A stretch of DNA of 64,000 bases, taken from contig NW_003314292.1 of assembly GCF_000143415.4 (NCBI RefSeq), positions 1,185,498 to 1,249,497 on the forward strand, written 5' to 3'. Positions within the stretch are counted from its first letter, which is position 1; each line of letters begins with the position of its first letter. Source of the DNA: Selaginella moellendorffii. Lineage: Eukaryota; Plantae; Lycopodiophyta. The position numbers and the translations under genes are program-made. Of the stretch, positions 10,701 to 23,500 are shown one piece after another. The notes below the pieces were generated by a model. It was not told the DNA's origin. It did not search any database and saw nothing but the letters and a program-made list of their open reading frames with translations.

Positions 10701-13700
10701 AGATGACTGGTTCGATATCCTTCCCTTTGTTGAGTTCTCCTATAACAACTCTGTTCACTCCTCCCTTCGAGTTTTCCCCTTCTTTGCAAACTCTGGCTAA
10801 AATCCTCAATTCAATCTCTCACTTCTTTCTCCATCTGAATCCTCTCATTCAAATCCCCACTTTGAGGTATTTGTCTCCAACCTCCAGGAAATCCACAACT
10901 CCATCTCCTTCCACCTCCATCGTGCTCAGGAATCTCACAAAACATTCGCCAATGTCCATCGTTAGGATTGTCCTCCTTACAATATCGGGGATAAAGTTTG
11001 GCTCCTCAAGCAAAATATCTCCACCACCAAGCCATGTCCCAAACTCAATTTCAAACGCCTCGATCCTTTCCCTATCACTACTATCATTAATCCTATCACT
11101 TATCACCTTGCACTTCCCTCCTCATATCAAATTCACCCTGTTTTTCACTCCTCTCTCCTTGAGCCTTATATTCCCAGTCCTATTCCAAATTGGGTCATTC
11201 CTCCACCTCCACCAATGCAGCTCAAAGATGGGTCTGAGTATGAGGTTCAGGACATCCTTGATTCCAAGATCTCACGGTCTAAAGTCTACTATTGAGTAGA
11301 CTTGAAGGGTTATGGACTTGAGAAACGCACTTGGGAATCTGCGGACAACTTAATTCATTCTCCTGACTTTGTTCAAGACTTCCACTACTGCTATCCTTCT
11401 TGTCCCAGTCTTCATTCTTTTCATTCTCCCTCTCCCATCCCTCACCGCCCATTTCATCCTCCTCTTCGTTCCTATTCACGTACTCATTTCACTTGTTCTT
11501 GAGGAGGGGGTGCTGTCAGATATCCTCCAATTCTTGCCACATTCTTGACTCTCGCCGGATTCTTGACCCGTAGATTATATTCCTAACTCTCGAGACACTT
11601 CCCTATTCCTGACTCTCTAATTTCCCGTACAATTTTTGAGTGTCAAATCACATTCTTGATGAAGATGTGGCACCTCCTCGACCCCAGCTATATTTAGGCC
11701 GTAAGAGTGGTGGAGCTTCATCAACCTATAGTATATATAGGTTAGCCTTATTCCATTTCTCCATAATCTAAATCAACGCTAGTTTAAGGCTTCTTCTTTG
11801 TTTCCATTAGCTTTTCTATTTGTCTTTTGTATTTTCCAGTCTTGATCTTCTTGGGGGTCTTGACAAAGGATGCTTAACCCCAAATATCCTAAGACCCTTA
11901 ACTGATTAAAAAAGGGGGTGCACTCTTATTCATGGGCCCTTTCCTTCTATATTTGAACCCCTATGGATCATCTCTCAAGTCATTCTCTTTGGTTGCTTAC
12001 AATCCACCACATTTTCCTGCAAGTTCACGCCCTCATGAACGGAAGCTGAGAGCTGCAGCTCTCCTAAAAGCCCTGCTCTCTTGACACCCTACCCCTTGGG
12101 TCGAGCCCAGCCGAAGCAAACTAGACCTGCCAAATATCAATCAACATGTGGTGCGATTCCCTTAGCCAACCAGCAGAGTCGGACCCGCCAAAAGCACGAC
12201 CAAAATGATAAAGAGTTCATTGGATTGGACCAAGTCTAAGATCGAGTCCAAGACTAACTTTGAGACTGAGTTCAAGACAAAGTTTGGGATCGAGTCCGAG
12301 TTGACTTTGAGACTGAGTTCAAGATTGAGTTCGAGACCGAGTTTGAGACAGAGTCCGAGATCCGAGATCAGGTCCAAGATTGATCGAGTCTGAGGTTTAG
12401 GAACCAGTCTTGAAGGATCTCTCCAATGGTGCTTCCAAACTAACTTGAGGTTGAGACAGGGGCTGAGGGGCCTTGGGCAGGAGTGAGCATGGACTTGGGT
12501 GGTGCCAGAGGGGCCACCTCAGGAAGTGCCACTCCCGGAAGGGAAACTGACTGCAGTACTCCCGGCTCATGTGAAGTGGTGCCCCATTTGAGTACCTTGT
12601 GGCTCATTGGTCCTCACCCTTCCTAGGGGCTTGGGCCTTCCGTTTTGGGATGGGAGTGGGGAAGTAAACATACCCATATTTGGTTGTTAGGCCACAGTGT
12701 TTCCCCCTACTAGTGTCCCGAAGCAAGTGTTGCCCCTAAGGCTTGGGATTTAGAGGGTTCTATGATCAAGTCTTGTTGTACCAAGGGATGTTAGGAATCT
12801 AGAGGCTTGGTGTGGTTAGCTTCTTGTGCTTACGGGGAGTGTAGCTGAACCTTAAGTCCAATCTCACTTGGGGAGGGGGATTGGGAGAGATTTGGGAATC
12901 CATGGAAGGATGGTTAACACTCTATTGCTTATGTAGTGAGTTGTTAAAACCAAGTAAGACCAAGTAAGAGCTAGTACAATAGGCAGAAACTTTGGCGAGG
13001 GAACTTAGCAAAGGCCAAAGTCGTGATGGTCGAATAGACAAGGTAAGCTAACAAATTGGAAAGGAAAAATTTATGGCTTACACCCCTCTTGTTAGAGCTT
13101 CGACCTAGTCTACTTCCAAGTCTTAACCTTGGTGTAAATTCAGCAACCGAAGAGGATGTTTCACGTGTTATGGTTTGGCATAAAAAGACAGAAATTTAGT
13201 TACCCTGGACTATACTACACCACCTCTTGAGGTTCCTCACCACCCAACCACCCCCAAGCTACCTCAAAAGCTCCACTACGCTGCCACTCCACTGTGAGCC
13301 CTAGGGTAGGTTAAGTCCCTTAAATATACCCTTGAGCCTCCCTTTGACCAATGTTGACCATGTGGTCAAAGTTGGTGCCTAACAATTCTTCCCCCCCAAC
13401 AAAGTCCTTATCCCAAAGACGAGTTGTATTGGTGATTACCCTTTTTAAGGAACCCTACTCAAACTCCTGATCCAACTTCCATAGTCGTACACATCAGGGA
13501 GACATTGGGCCCGTCACTCCGAAATAATACACCTTTCATCTAATTGACATAAAATACTATATGAATTTTCACCCTAGTTGGCAGCCGCACCTGATGTCGC
13601 AAATGTGACTTCGGGTATCGAAAGATACTTGTCGGCCAGTCCTTACGGGCACTCTTTCCTTACTGCCACGACGGCAGGAGGTCGGTACTGCTGGTCCCTT

Positions 13701-14650
13701 TTATAGTCTCCACTCAAGCTAGTTGAGAAACTGGTCATCGCATGTGCACTTGACCAGATGAGCATAAGGACGGAATTCCTACATGCTATTTGTCAAGCAT
13801 ACTTGACCTGGTTAGAGAAACTCATTCGCTGACTTGCACTTGCTAGTGTTGGGAACCCCCGTGATATTGAGACTAGTCCCTCAATATTCGATTGATGATA
13901 GCTTACCGTGTCTGCCAAACACCCTCGCTATCATGCCCTTAGTGTTGGTCTCATTTCGGTCCCATATGCTATTTATGGGAAGTGTCTAGATTCGCTCATT
14001 TGGCATATTTACAGAATGTAGAGATCGGCTTGAACACAATGGTGTTCATCCCGTGTCCAAATTCGCAATCTAAGGCCATTCCATATTTAGTAAGTTTCGG
14101 ACTTGTCCCAGAGACTAACTCCTGGTACTAAGGGAGGCTTGGGGTGAAAGCCCAAAGCGTGTGTCCCTCAAGGGGGGGGGGGGGGGGGGGGGGGGGGAGG
14201 TATAGTAGGGATAGTGGTTGGAATGCATGTCCGACCACCTGAGACATTAGTTTGGCTCCCGCTGGGCTGTGTCGCTCCTTGTTCTGCGTCCGGCTTGGGT
14301 CTAAGCCCAAGCTCCACGCTGCTCTAGTCGGTGGAGTACCCTCCTTCTCGCGTTAGGCCACCGGTATGCCAAAATTGTGCCAGACTCCGTCTGACACCAT
14401 TTTGCGTGCAGGTGCTGGATACGGGGAGCTGGTGCTCGTGGGATTGTACCGGACCCTCGTTTCGTAGCGCAACGGGCTTGGAGTTCGGCTCCAAATTCAG
14501 GTGCGCTACATTTGGTATCAGAAGAATTGTCTGAGCGATTCCTATCCAACTTTTGTCGGATTTTCTGACTCAAGTTGCATACACAGAGACTTTTCTAGTA
14601 GATCCGAAGCGACCTGTGTAGGATTAGTTGGATAGCACCATTCGGTAAGA

Positions 14651-17600
14651 ATGTTGTATGCATGTTCAGTTACTGATAGAGGCATGCATGCAGCTAGCAA
14701 GATGGTGAAGAGGAACCGTGCTGATGATGCTGAAACCTCTAGACGGGCGAATCGAGAGGAGGAAACTCCTGCTAGAGATGCTGCGGAAGAGGCTGAGGCC
14801 GAGTCGGAAGAGGATGAGCCAAATGCTACAGCACTGCAGCGCACGGCTCATGAAGTCGAGATCGAGAATTTGCGAAAGGAGATTCGCAAATTGAAGAAGG
14901 AGAACAAGAAGAGGAAGAAAGAAGCTGAGGTAGCTAAACCAGCTAAGCCTAAGCAACCGGACTCCTCTTCAAGTTCTGAGGATGATGAAGTTCTGCAGCC
15001 GCCCCCGGTTGCACGAGTTTCAAAGTTCAAGCCTCCGAAACCACCCAATTTCAGAGGCATGCAGGACTATCAGGTTTTGGAAGACTGGGTCTACGATATG
15101 GAGAACTACTTCATAGCGGCAGACGTAGATGATCGTACGAAAGTTGCGTGCGCGCAATCCTTTCTCACCGATCATGCCAAAACTTGGTGGCGCCAGGTGT
15201 GTGCTGAAAAAGGGCAGACTAGAAGTTGGACCAAGATGCGGTCTCGTATCCGTAAGGAATACTTGCCGGATGATCTTGGTCTGAGACTTCGCGCAGAGCT
15301 GCGGCGGTTAAAGCAGCGAGGGGACCTTATGCATTACGTTAATGCATTTGCTCAGAAGCGCATTATGATTGCAAATATGAGTGACGAAGATGCTCAGAGT
15401 TATTTCCTGGAGGGTTTAAGTTCACTTTCTCGAAATGAGATTTTGAAGTTTAAGCAGAAGACGTACCTAGAGTGTAAAGAGGCAGCACAGCAAGTTGCCT
15501 TTAGTCACTCGCTCATAGAACAATATCAGCAATCGTATGCTGGTAACTCGGACAAGAATAAGAATTCTGGGAATAAGCAAGGTGATCGGAAACAAAGGGT
15601 GGAAAGTAGGTACCGCCCTGGGGGCTCACAAGCTACGGTGAATAAAGGTGGTGGTGGTTGGAGACCACCAGCAGCTTCTTCTGGTCCTAGGCCCTCTGTT
15701 CCTCCTCCTGGTGGGTACAAGCAACAGCAACCTACAAAACCTGCTCCTAGCGGAATGGGTAGTGTGGCTCATTGCTTCCATTGTGGAGAGTCGGGACATA
15801 GGTCCTCAGAATGTCCCAACAAGCATAAGACAAGGTCTCGGGTTAATGTCATGAGGGAAGACGGTGGTGGTGAAGCCGAAGGGGTTGACGAGTTGGTCAA
15901 TGCAGACTATGAGGAAGAAGAGGTGAGTAACTTTCATTGCTTTCCTCAAGCTTTTCTTGCAGTCAATGCAAACACTGATCCGTTAATGTATCTGGTAGGC
16001 TTTGTCCGTGGACACCGAATCCGAGTGATGATTGACACGGGAGCTACGCACAGCGTGATATCCGAAGACTTAGTTAAGTTGTTAGGATTGAATGCTGAGC
16101 AAATGTCGCCTATGCACTTCCGGTTTGCGGAAGGTGGGCAAGTAGCCAGAAAGTTTGTGAGTGATGTTCCAATAAAGATATCCAAGTGGAAAGAAAGAGT
16201 GGACTTGGTAGTGTTGAAGATACCAGATTTTCAGATGGTGTTTGGTATGGATTTCTTCAACAAGTATATAAAAGGGATTTATGGTGCTGGACAAAGTCGT
16301 ATCACATTGAAGTCAGAAGGACATCCTGATGTATCCTTTCAGTTGCAAAAGCGTTCCTCAAAAGATTGGGATGCAAAGTTCCTAACTGCGAGGGCCGTTC
16401 AAAAAGCAGCTAAGAGGGGATGTCAGACCTTTTGGGTTCAAGTGATGGAAGCTGAGGGTGTTGGTGACTCAGTACGAATTGGCGATGGGGTTGATCCTGT
16501 ACCAAAAAGGATATTGGAGTTGTTGGCGAGGAATCAGGATATCTTTCCGAAGGATTTGCCGCCAGGGCTACCTCCTAGCCGTGAGGTTGATCATCGGATT
16601 GAGATTATTCCGGGTTCTAAACCGCCTACGAAAGCTCCATATCGGTTGAACATCAAGGAGATGGCTGAACTCAAGAAACAACTCACGGAGCTTCTTGACA
16701 AAGGTCATATCCGACCAAGCAAGTCACCTTATGGAGCGCCGGTCCTCTTCGTTATGAAAAAGGATGGAACCATGAGGATGTGTATTGACTATCGGGCACT
16801 CAATAAGATCACGGTTAAAAACAGTTATCCTTTGCCTCGCATTGATGACTTGTTTGACCAACTCTTAAAGGCTAAGTATTTTACGCGACTTGATTTGCGG
16901 TCCGGATATCATCAGATATGGGTGGCAGATCAGGATGTGGAGAAGACAGCCTTTAAGACTCGATACGGATCTTATGAGTTCCTTGTCATGCCGTTCGGGT
17001 TATGCAATGCTCTGGCAACGTTCAGCACTATGATGGATAGAATATTCGGAGATTATTTGGATGCATTTGTTGTCCTATATATCGACGATGTTCTAGTCTT
17101 TAGTGAAACGTTGGAGGATCATTTGAAACACTTGGAGCTGGTGTTTCAAAAATTGCGCGAACACAAACTATATGCTAAGGAAAGTAAATGCGCTTTTGGT
17201 CAATTGCACGTAAACTTTCTCGGACATATAGTTGGTGGTGGCGTGATTGAGGTCGATCCAAAGAAGGTGGAAGCGGTGAAGTCCTGGGAAGTCCCGACCA
17301 CTGTATCAGATGTTCGTTCCTTTCTCGGTTTGGCGGGATACTATCGCAAGTTTGTCCGCAATTTTGCAAGTATTGCTCTTCCGTTGACTGAGTTAACGAA
17401 GAGTAATATTCCGTTTCATTGGACACCAGCTACAACTTCCGTTGACTGAGTTAACGAAGAGTAATATTCCGTTTCATTGGACACCAGCTTGTCAGCGTGC
17501 TTTTGTACGATTGAAGTAGATCTTGACTACGGTTCCTGTTCTCAGGAACCCAGATCTTGATAAACCCTTCGAAGTGCATTGTGATGCATCTGGTTATGCT

Positions 17601-19475
17601 ATTGGTGCCGTGTTATAGCAAGATTGTGACAAAGCAGTTGGTGTTACGCTAAAAAGACATGGTTGTCCCGTTGCGTTCTATTCCAAGAAATTGGATGAGA
17701 CCCAACGAAGATGGCCAACGCACGAGAAAGAGATGTTTGCTATAGTGTCGGCCCTGGAACACTGGAGACACTACTTGGGTGGACATACTAAGGTTTATAC
17801 GGATAGTAACACACTAAGCTACTCTGCTACGCAGCCTAAGCTTACGCCGAAGCAGGCTCGTTGGCAAGAGAAGCTTGCTAGATATGATATTGAAATCATA
17901 TATAAATCTGGTAAAGACAATATTGTTCCGGATGCGTTGAGTCGTCAAGCTCAATTCCGGGCAATATCAGCAATCAGTTTGGACTGGTTGGAAGACATTC
18001 GGGCTTCGTATGGAAGTGATCCATTGGCGAAGACAATCTTACGCCGTGCGGAGTTGTCGAAGCAGAGCCCTGGTAGCGAAGCAGCAAAAGTTGCTAGTCG
18101 CACTAATGCGAAACTTCACTTCTCAGTTCGGGATGGGCTTATATTCTATAAGCAAGAAAGATTGTACCTTCCCTCTAAGGATCTTCAGCAGTTATTTCTG
18201 CGGGAACATCACGATGTTCCAGCAGCAGGACATGGTGGACAACGAAAGACTCTGGCTTCATTGAAAAAGGGATTTTTCTTGTCTGGTATGGAAGATGATG
18301 TAGCGGACTATGTCCGTTCCTGTCCTGTATGCCAGCAATGTAAGCGCAGAACTGAGAAGCAGGCTAGAAAGTTGCAGTGCATTCCAGCACCGGCATGGCC
18401 ATTTCAAAGTGTGACACTTGATTTCGTCACTTGTTTGCCGAAGTCTAAGGGTTATGATACTTTGATGGTGGTTGTGGATCAGTTGTCAAAGATTGCACAC
18501 TTCATTCCAACTGTGGGAACAGTAAATGCGAAACAAGCAGCAAAGCTCTTTTTCCATGAAGTAGTTCGAGTTCGTGGTCTTCCTGAAGAAATGATCTCAG
18601 ATAGAGATTCGAGGTTTACGGGGAAGTTTTGGGGGACCCTATTCCAGTTGTTTGGTACCAAGTTGAAGTTTAGTACAGCTTATCATCCTCAAACCGATGG
18701 GCAGACCGAACGTGTGAATGCTCAAGTTGAGGATTATCTGCGGTACTATGTCGCGGCGGACCAAAGCGATTGCATTGAGCATTTGGATACAGCAGAAATC
18801 TGTTATAACAACACATTTCACAGTGCTATAGGCTGTTCTCCATGGGAGATGTTGCAAGGAAATGCTCGTGGGGTTCCTCAACAGATTGTTGTCCTGAAAC
18901 CAATGACCGAAGTGTTGGTCCCAGCCGTGGAAACTTATGCGGAGCAGCTACGCCAAGGTTGGTCTAAAGCTACCGAGGCGATGGGCAAAGCTCAGGATAG
19001 GTATCGACGTGATAAGGATCAGCATCGTCAGGATGTATCCTATCAAGTGGGAGATCAGGTGTGGCTATCTTCCCGAAACTTGAATATTAAGGGTTCTTTG
19101 TCTCGGAAGCTCTTGCCGAGATACGTTGGACCCTATCGGGTGTTAAATCGTCTTGGTGATGTATCCTATCGGTTGGATCTGCCTACGGAGATGTCCAATG
19201 TTCATAATGTATTTCATGCCAATCTATTGGCTCCTTACACTATGGATGATGCACGTCAAGGGGAGATTCGTCCGCCACCAGATGTTGTGGACGGTGAACC
19301 TGAATACGAAGTTGAAAGCATTCTGGCTTGTCGCCGGAAACGTGGTGGTCATGCAAAGGAATATCTAGTTAAGTGGAAAGGTTACCCGACTTGTGAATCA
19401 ACTTGGGAACCTCTTAGTAATCTTACCCATGCTCGTGACCTTGTCACGGAGTATGAGAATTGTAATAAAGCCTAG
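14651..19475 (+). pseudogene. Gag-Pol polyprotein of element B (gag, CCHC, protease, RT, RNase H, integrase, chromodomain), disrupted
   Basis: Motifs [51 protein letters not shown] and YEVESIL..YLVKWKGYP..ESTWEP. Broken by a 58-nt insertion (17432-17489) and TAG stops at 17517 and 17616. Confidence 0.95.
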
Positions 19476-20466
19476 CTTTTGTAAATCTTGTAATAAATCT
19501 TGCAAATTAATAAAGTAAAATATTTCTATCACTCAAAGTGTCGTTTCTCTCGATCATTTGTACTTGGGTCAGTTTTGGCAGGCTGACTTCGGCACTTCGG
19601 TGCATGGGTCCAATCCATAACCATGGGGATAACTATTATAGACTGATCACAAGTCCCTGCCTCTCTCTCGATGACTCCTTTTCGAAAAAAAAAAAAAAGG
19701 GGCGTGGTCGTGTAAACAACTTACTCTGCCAGTTTATAATAGTTGTCTAAATCTTCCCGACGGGGTTGATTTCTTGCTCAGGGGCAGTTGGGCCTCTGGC
19801 CTTCTCCCTATATCCCTGCGGGCAGGGATGTATCATTCCTTTGTAAGCTAAGTGGTATTCAAAGTAGCAAGGGTGGCTAACTCTGTTGGTCATTTCCTTG
19901 TCGGCGACGGCCGGAGGGTGTCTGGGTCTTAACGTCTTTGGACGTAGAGGAGAGGTCGTTCCATAACTCATTTAAGTCGGTGTATTTCCCCCATAGTGTG
20001 CTTTCTGTTAACTTTCGAAGTTGTTTCCTTGACGGTTTGCTAGACTTGGGTATGCATCGACGAGGACGTCGATCTTCCCCAAGGGGGGGAGAGTGTCGCG
20101 AATGTGACTTCGGGTATCGAAAGATACTTGTCTGCCAGTCCTTACGGGCACTCTTTCCTTACTGCCACGACGGCAGGAGGTCGGTACTGTTGGTCCCTTT
20201 TATAGTCTCCACTCAAGCTAGTTGAGAAACTGGTCATCGCATGTGCACTTGACCAGATGAGCATAAGGACGGAATTCCTACATGCTATTTGTCAAGCATA
20301 CTTGACCTGGTTAGAGAAACTCATTCACTGACTTGCACTTGCTAGTGTTGGGAACCCCCGTGATATTGAGACTAGTCCCTTAATATTCGATTGATGATAG
20401 CTTACCGTGTCTGCCAAACACCCTCGCTATCATGCCCTTAGTGTTGGTCTCATTTCGGTCCCATAT

Positions 20467-20566
20467 NNNNNNNNNNNNNNNNNNNNNNNNNNNNNNNNNN
20501 NNNNNNNNNNNNNNNNNNNNNNNNNNNNNNNNNNNNNNNNNNNNNNNNNNNNNNNNNNNNNNNNNN
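20467..20566. other. Assembly gap (100 N) inside the 3' LTR of B, abutting a poly-G tract
   Basis: Run of N followed directly by a G run. The 5' LTR has G26 at 14172-14197. Confidence 0.99.
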
Positions 20567-23500
20567 GGGGGGGGGGGGGGCTGTGGGGGGTTCCAAATGT
20601 ATAGTAGGGATAGTGGGCTGTGTCGCTCTTTGTTCTGCGTCCGGCTTGGGTCTAAGCCCAAGCTCCATGCTGCTCTAGTCGGTGGAGTACCCTCCTTCTC
20701 GCGTTAGGCCACCGGTATGCCAAAATTGTGCCAGACTCCGTCTGACACCATTTTGTGTGCAGGTGCTGGATACGGGGAGCTGGTGCTCGTGGGATTGTAC
20801 CGGACCCTCGTTTCGTAGTGCAACGGGCTTGGAGTTCGGCTCCAAATTCAGGTGTTCTACACCTGATAAGCTGCTTTACCAATGTGCTCTAGCACTTCAT
20901 ATGGATCAGCATATCAATGAGAAAGTTTATCACTCTTCCCTCTCTGCAAAGGCACCAAGGTGTTTTACCACTCATTTGACAGAAAGATCACTCGCATAAA
21001 GATAAGATCACCCACTTTATATTCCCGAATTTATCGATTCTCATTAGCAAACTTCTCCACTCTATCTTGAGTTACCTACAAATTCTATTTGCATACCACC
21101 AGAATCTTATTAAGTTCTATAGCCAGGTCAATTGCTTCAGAATCAAACTTATTTTGAATATCCTTACTCAAATGCAATCCCAACTCCACTGTTGTTTGGG
21201 GATGTCTTCCAAACATAACAAAGTAAGGACTTTGCTTGGTTCCAATGTGTGGGCTACTGTTGTAAGCAAATTGCACTAACAAAATATATAGATCCCATTG
21301 TCCTTGCCTTTGACTAACGCTACAACGTAGCATATCCTCCACCACTTGATTTACATGCTCAGTTTGCCCATCTATTTGAGGATAATCTCCACTCAAGAGT
21401 TTTAAAGTCACTTGTATAGCCTTCGCAAAGCTCTTTTAAAATCCACTTGTGAACTTTGAATTTTGATCACTAATGATATCTTTTGGCGAACCAAAATCAA
21501 AAAAAAAAAACCTTCTCTAAGTAGACTATAGCCAAGTCTAGGACAATGACAGTCTTCCGAAGAGCCAACAACTGCACATACTTCGTCAACTGATCCACTA
21601 TGACCCATACTTGCTCCTTTTGCCTCTGTGTTCATGGCAAACAAGTGATGAAGTCCATAGAAATACTACACCAACAGCTCTAAAGAATAAGTAAAGGTTG
21701 CAAAAGTCCCCCTGGCTTCTCCCGTGGCACCTTAACCTGTTGACAGAGCTCGCATGATTTACAATACTTGAGGATATCAGCTTTCATATTCCTTCAATAA
21801 AAATTGCACTTAATCAACTCATATATCTTTTTCCCCTTAAAATGACTGGCCTCCAGACAATTATGATAGTGGAATAAAACTTGAGTAATTAACACATCCA
21901 CCCATGGCAAATATACACAGCCATTATAATAGAGAATCCCATCCACTAATGAGAAAGGGGCTTTCATTTGGTCACACAAAGAGGCCACCTCAACATCTTG
22001 AGCCTGAGCATGCTCAATCAATAGCCCAAACTCATTGACCACTTTATTCAAATGATGACAAAATTATGTTTGTAATGCTGTCACATGACGAATACAAGAT
22101 AAAGCATCCACCACCACATTCGATTTTCCTAGACGATGCTCAATAGGAAACTCCCCAAACTCCATGAGTTTGACCATCCAACAAGCTTGCCTAGTGTTCA
22201 ACTCCTCTTGTGTGAAAAGATACACAAGTGGTTTATGATCTGTCAACATCACGAACACTGCACCATAAGGATAGTGCCGCTATGTCCGCAAAGCATGAAC
22301 AATAGAGACTAACTCTTGCTTATATATGGAATAACATTGTTTTGCAGGATTCAAAGTTTGACTCTCATATGCAATAAGTTGTCCTTCTTTCATGAGAACT
22401 CCTCCCAATACATAACCACTTGCATCACATGTCACTTCATAAGGTTTTGATGGATCAGCAATGCAAAACATTGGAGCCTCTTTCAACAATCATTTTAGCA
22501 CTACAAATTTCTCCTCTTGTGGCTTCTTCCACTCGAATGGCAAGTTCTTGTGCAACAACTGTGTCAAAGGAATAGCCAACTCCACAAACTTATATTGGAA
22601 ACATTGGAAGTAACTAGCCATTCCAAGGAAACTACATAACTTAGCCATTGTAGTTGGTGTAAGCTAATTCTCCACCACAGCCACCTTCCTTGGATCCGTC
22701 TTAACACCCTTAGATGTCACAATATGGCTTAGATATTCCACCTCCGACTTTGCAAACTTATATTTGCTCTTCGTCATATAAAGTTTGTTGTCACGGAGTA
22801 ACAAAAGAATGTTGCGCAAATGCACCTTATGGTCCTCCATATTTTTATTGAAAACAAGAATATTGTCCAAGAAAATCTCTATAAACTCATGAAGATAACA
22901 CCCAAATACCTCTGTTATCAACCGAGTCAAAATGGCTAGTGCATTCATCAAACCAAATGGCATAATTGTAAACTCAAAATGCCCAAAGCTTATGTTGAAT
23001 GTTATCTTGGAGATAAATGCATCATCCATTGCAATCTAATGATATCCACTTCTCAAATCAATCTTGGTAAACACTCGTGCTTCACCAAGCTTGTCTAAAA
23101 TATTATCCACACATGGCATTAGCATCTTATCCTTCACTGTCTTCTTGTTCGAGGCATGGCAGTCAATACACATTGGCATGGAATCGTCCTTCTTCACAAG
23201 CAAGGCTGAAACACTAAATAGAAACTTACTTGGTTAAATAAATCCAAACTCAAGTAACTCTTTAACTTGTCGTTGAACTTTTTGCTCCTTTACATAACTT
23301 AACTGAAATGAACGCCAGTAAATTGACTGTGTCCTCGGCTCTAATGTAATCCCATGCTCTACATCTCGTAATGGAGGTAACCTATGAGGAAGTTCAGATG
23401 GAAAAACATCAGAAAACTCGTTGAGTACATCCCATACTACTGCTTCTCCCCCACACGTGCCTTGGTCCCCCAAATCACGAACAAACAGCAAGTAACTCGA

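Larger units (their letters stand above)
6303..11865 (+). mobile_element. Chromovirus A (Ty3/gypsy, Tcn1/Tf1-sushi-like), full length but pseudogenised
   Basis: LTRs 6303-6689 and 11514-11865 with inverted termini TGTCA..TGACA. TSD AAAGA/AAGGA (one mismatch). PPT GAGGAGGGGG. Gag from 6785 with CLYC..H....C knuckle, protease LLDSGAT, RT YLDD, RNase H, integrase and chromodomain YEVQDILDS..KGYG..RTWE. Many stops and frameshifts. Confidence 0.93.
13595..20861 (+). mobile_element. Chromovirus B (Ty3/gypsy), young and near-intact
   Basis: LTRs 13595-14510 and 20094-20861 (TG..CA) are nearly identical. Perfect TSD CCTGA. PBS TGGTATCAGA (tRNA-iMet type) at 14513. PPT AAGGGGGGGAGAG at 20081-20093. 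Confidence 0.97.

Noticed and set aside
13750-13825. Possible hammerhead ribozyme (CAGATGAG ... GAAAC), as in retrozymes
   Set aside because: The core is CAGATGA rather than CTGATGA, GAAA does not follow stem II, and the solo LTR has CGGACGA and lacks GAAAC. Kept only as a generic structured RNA.
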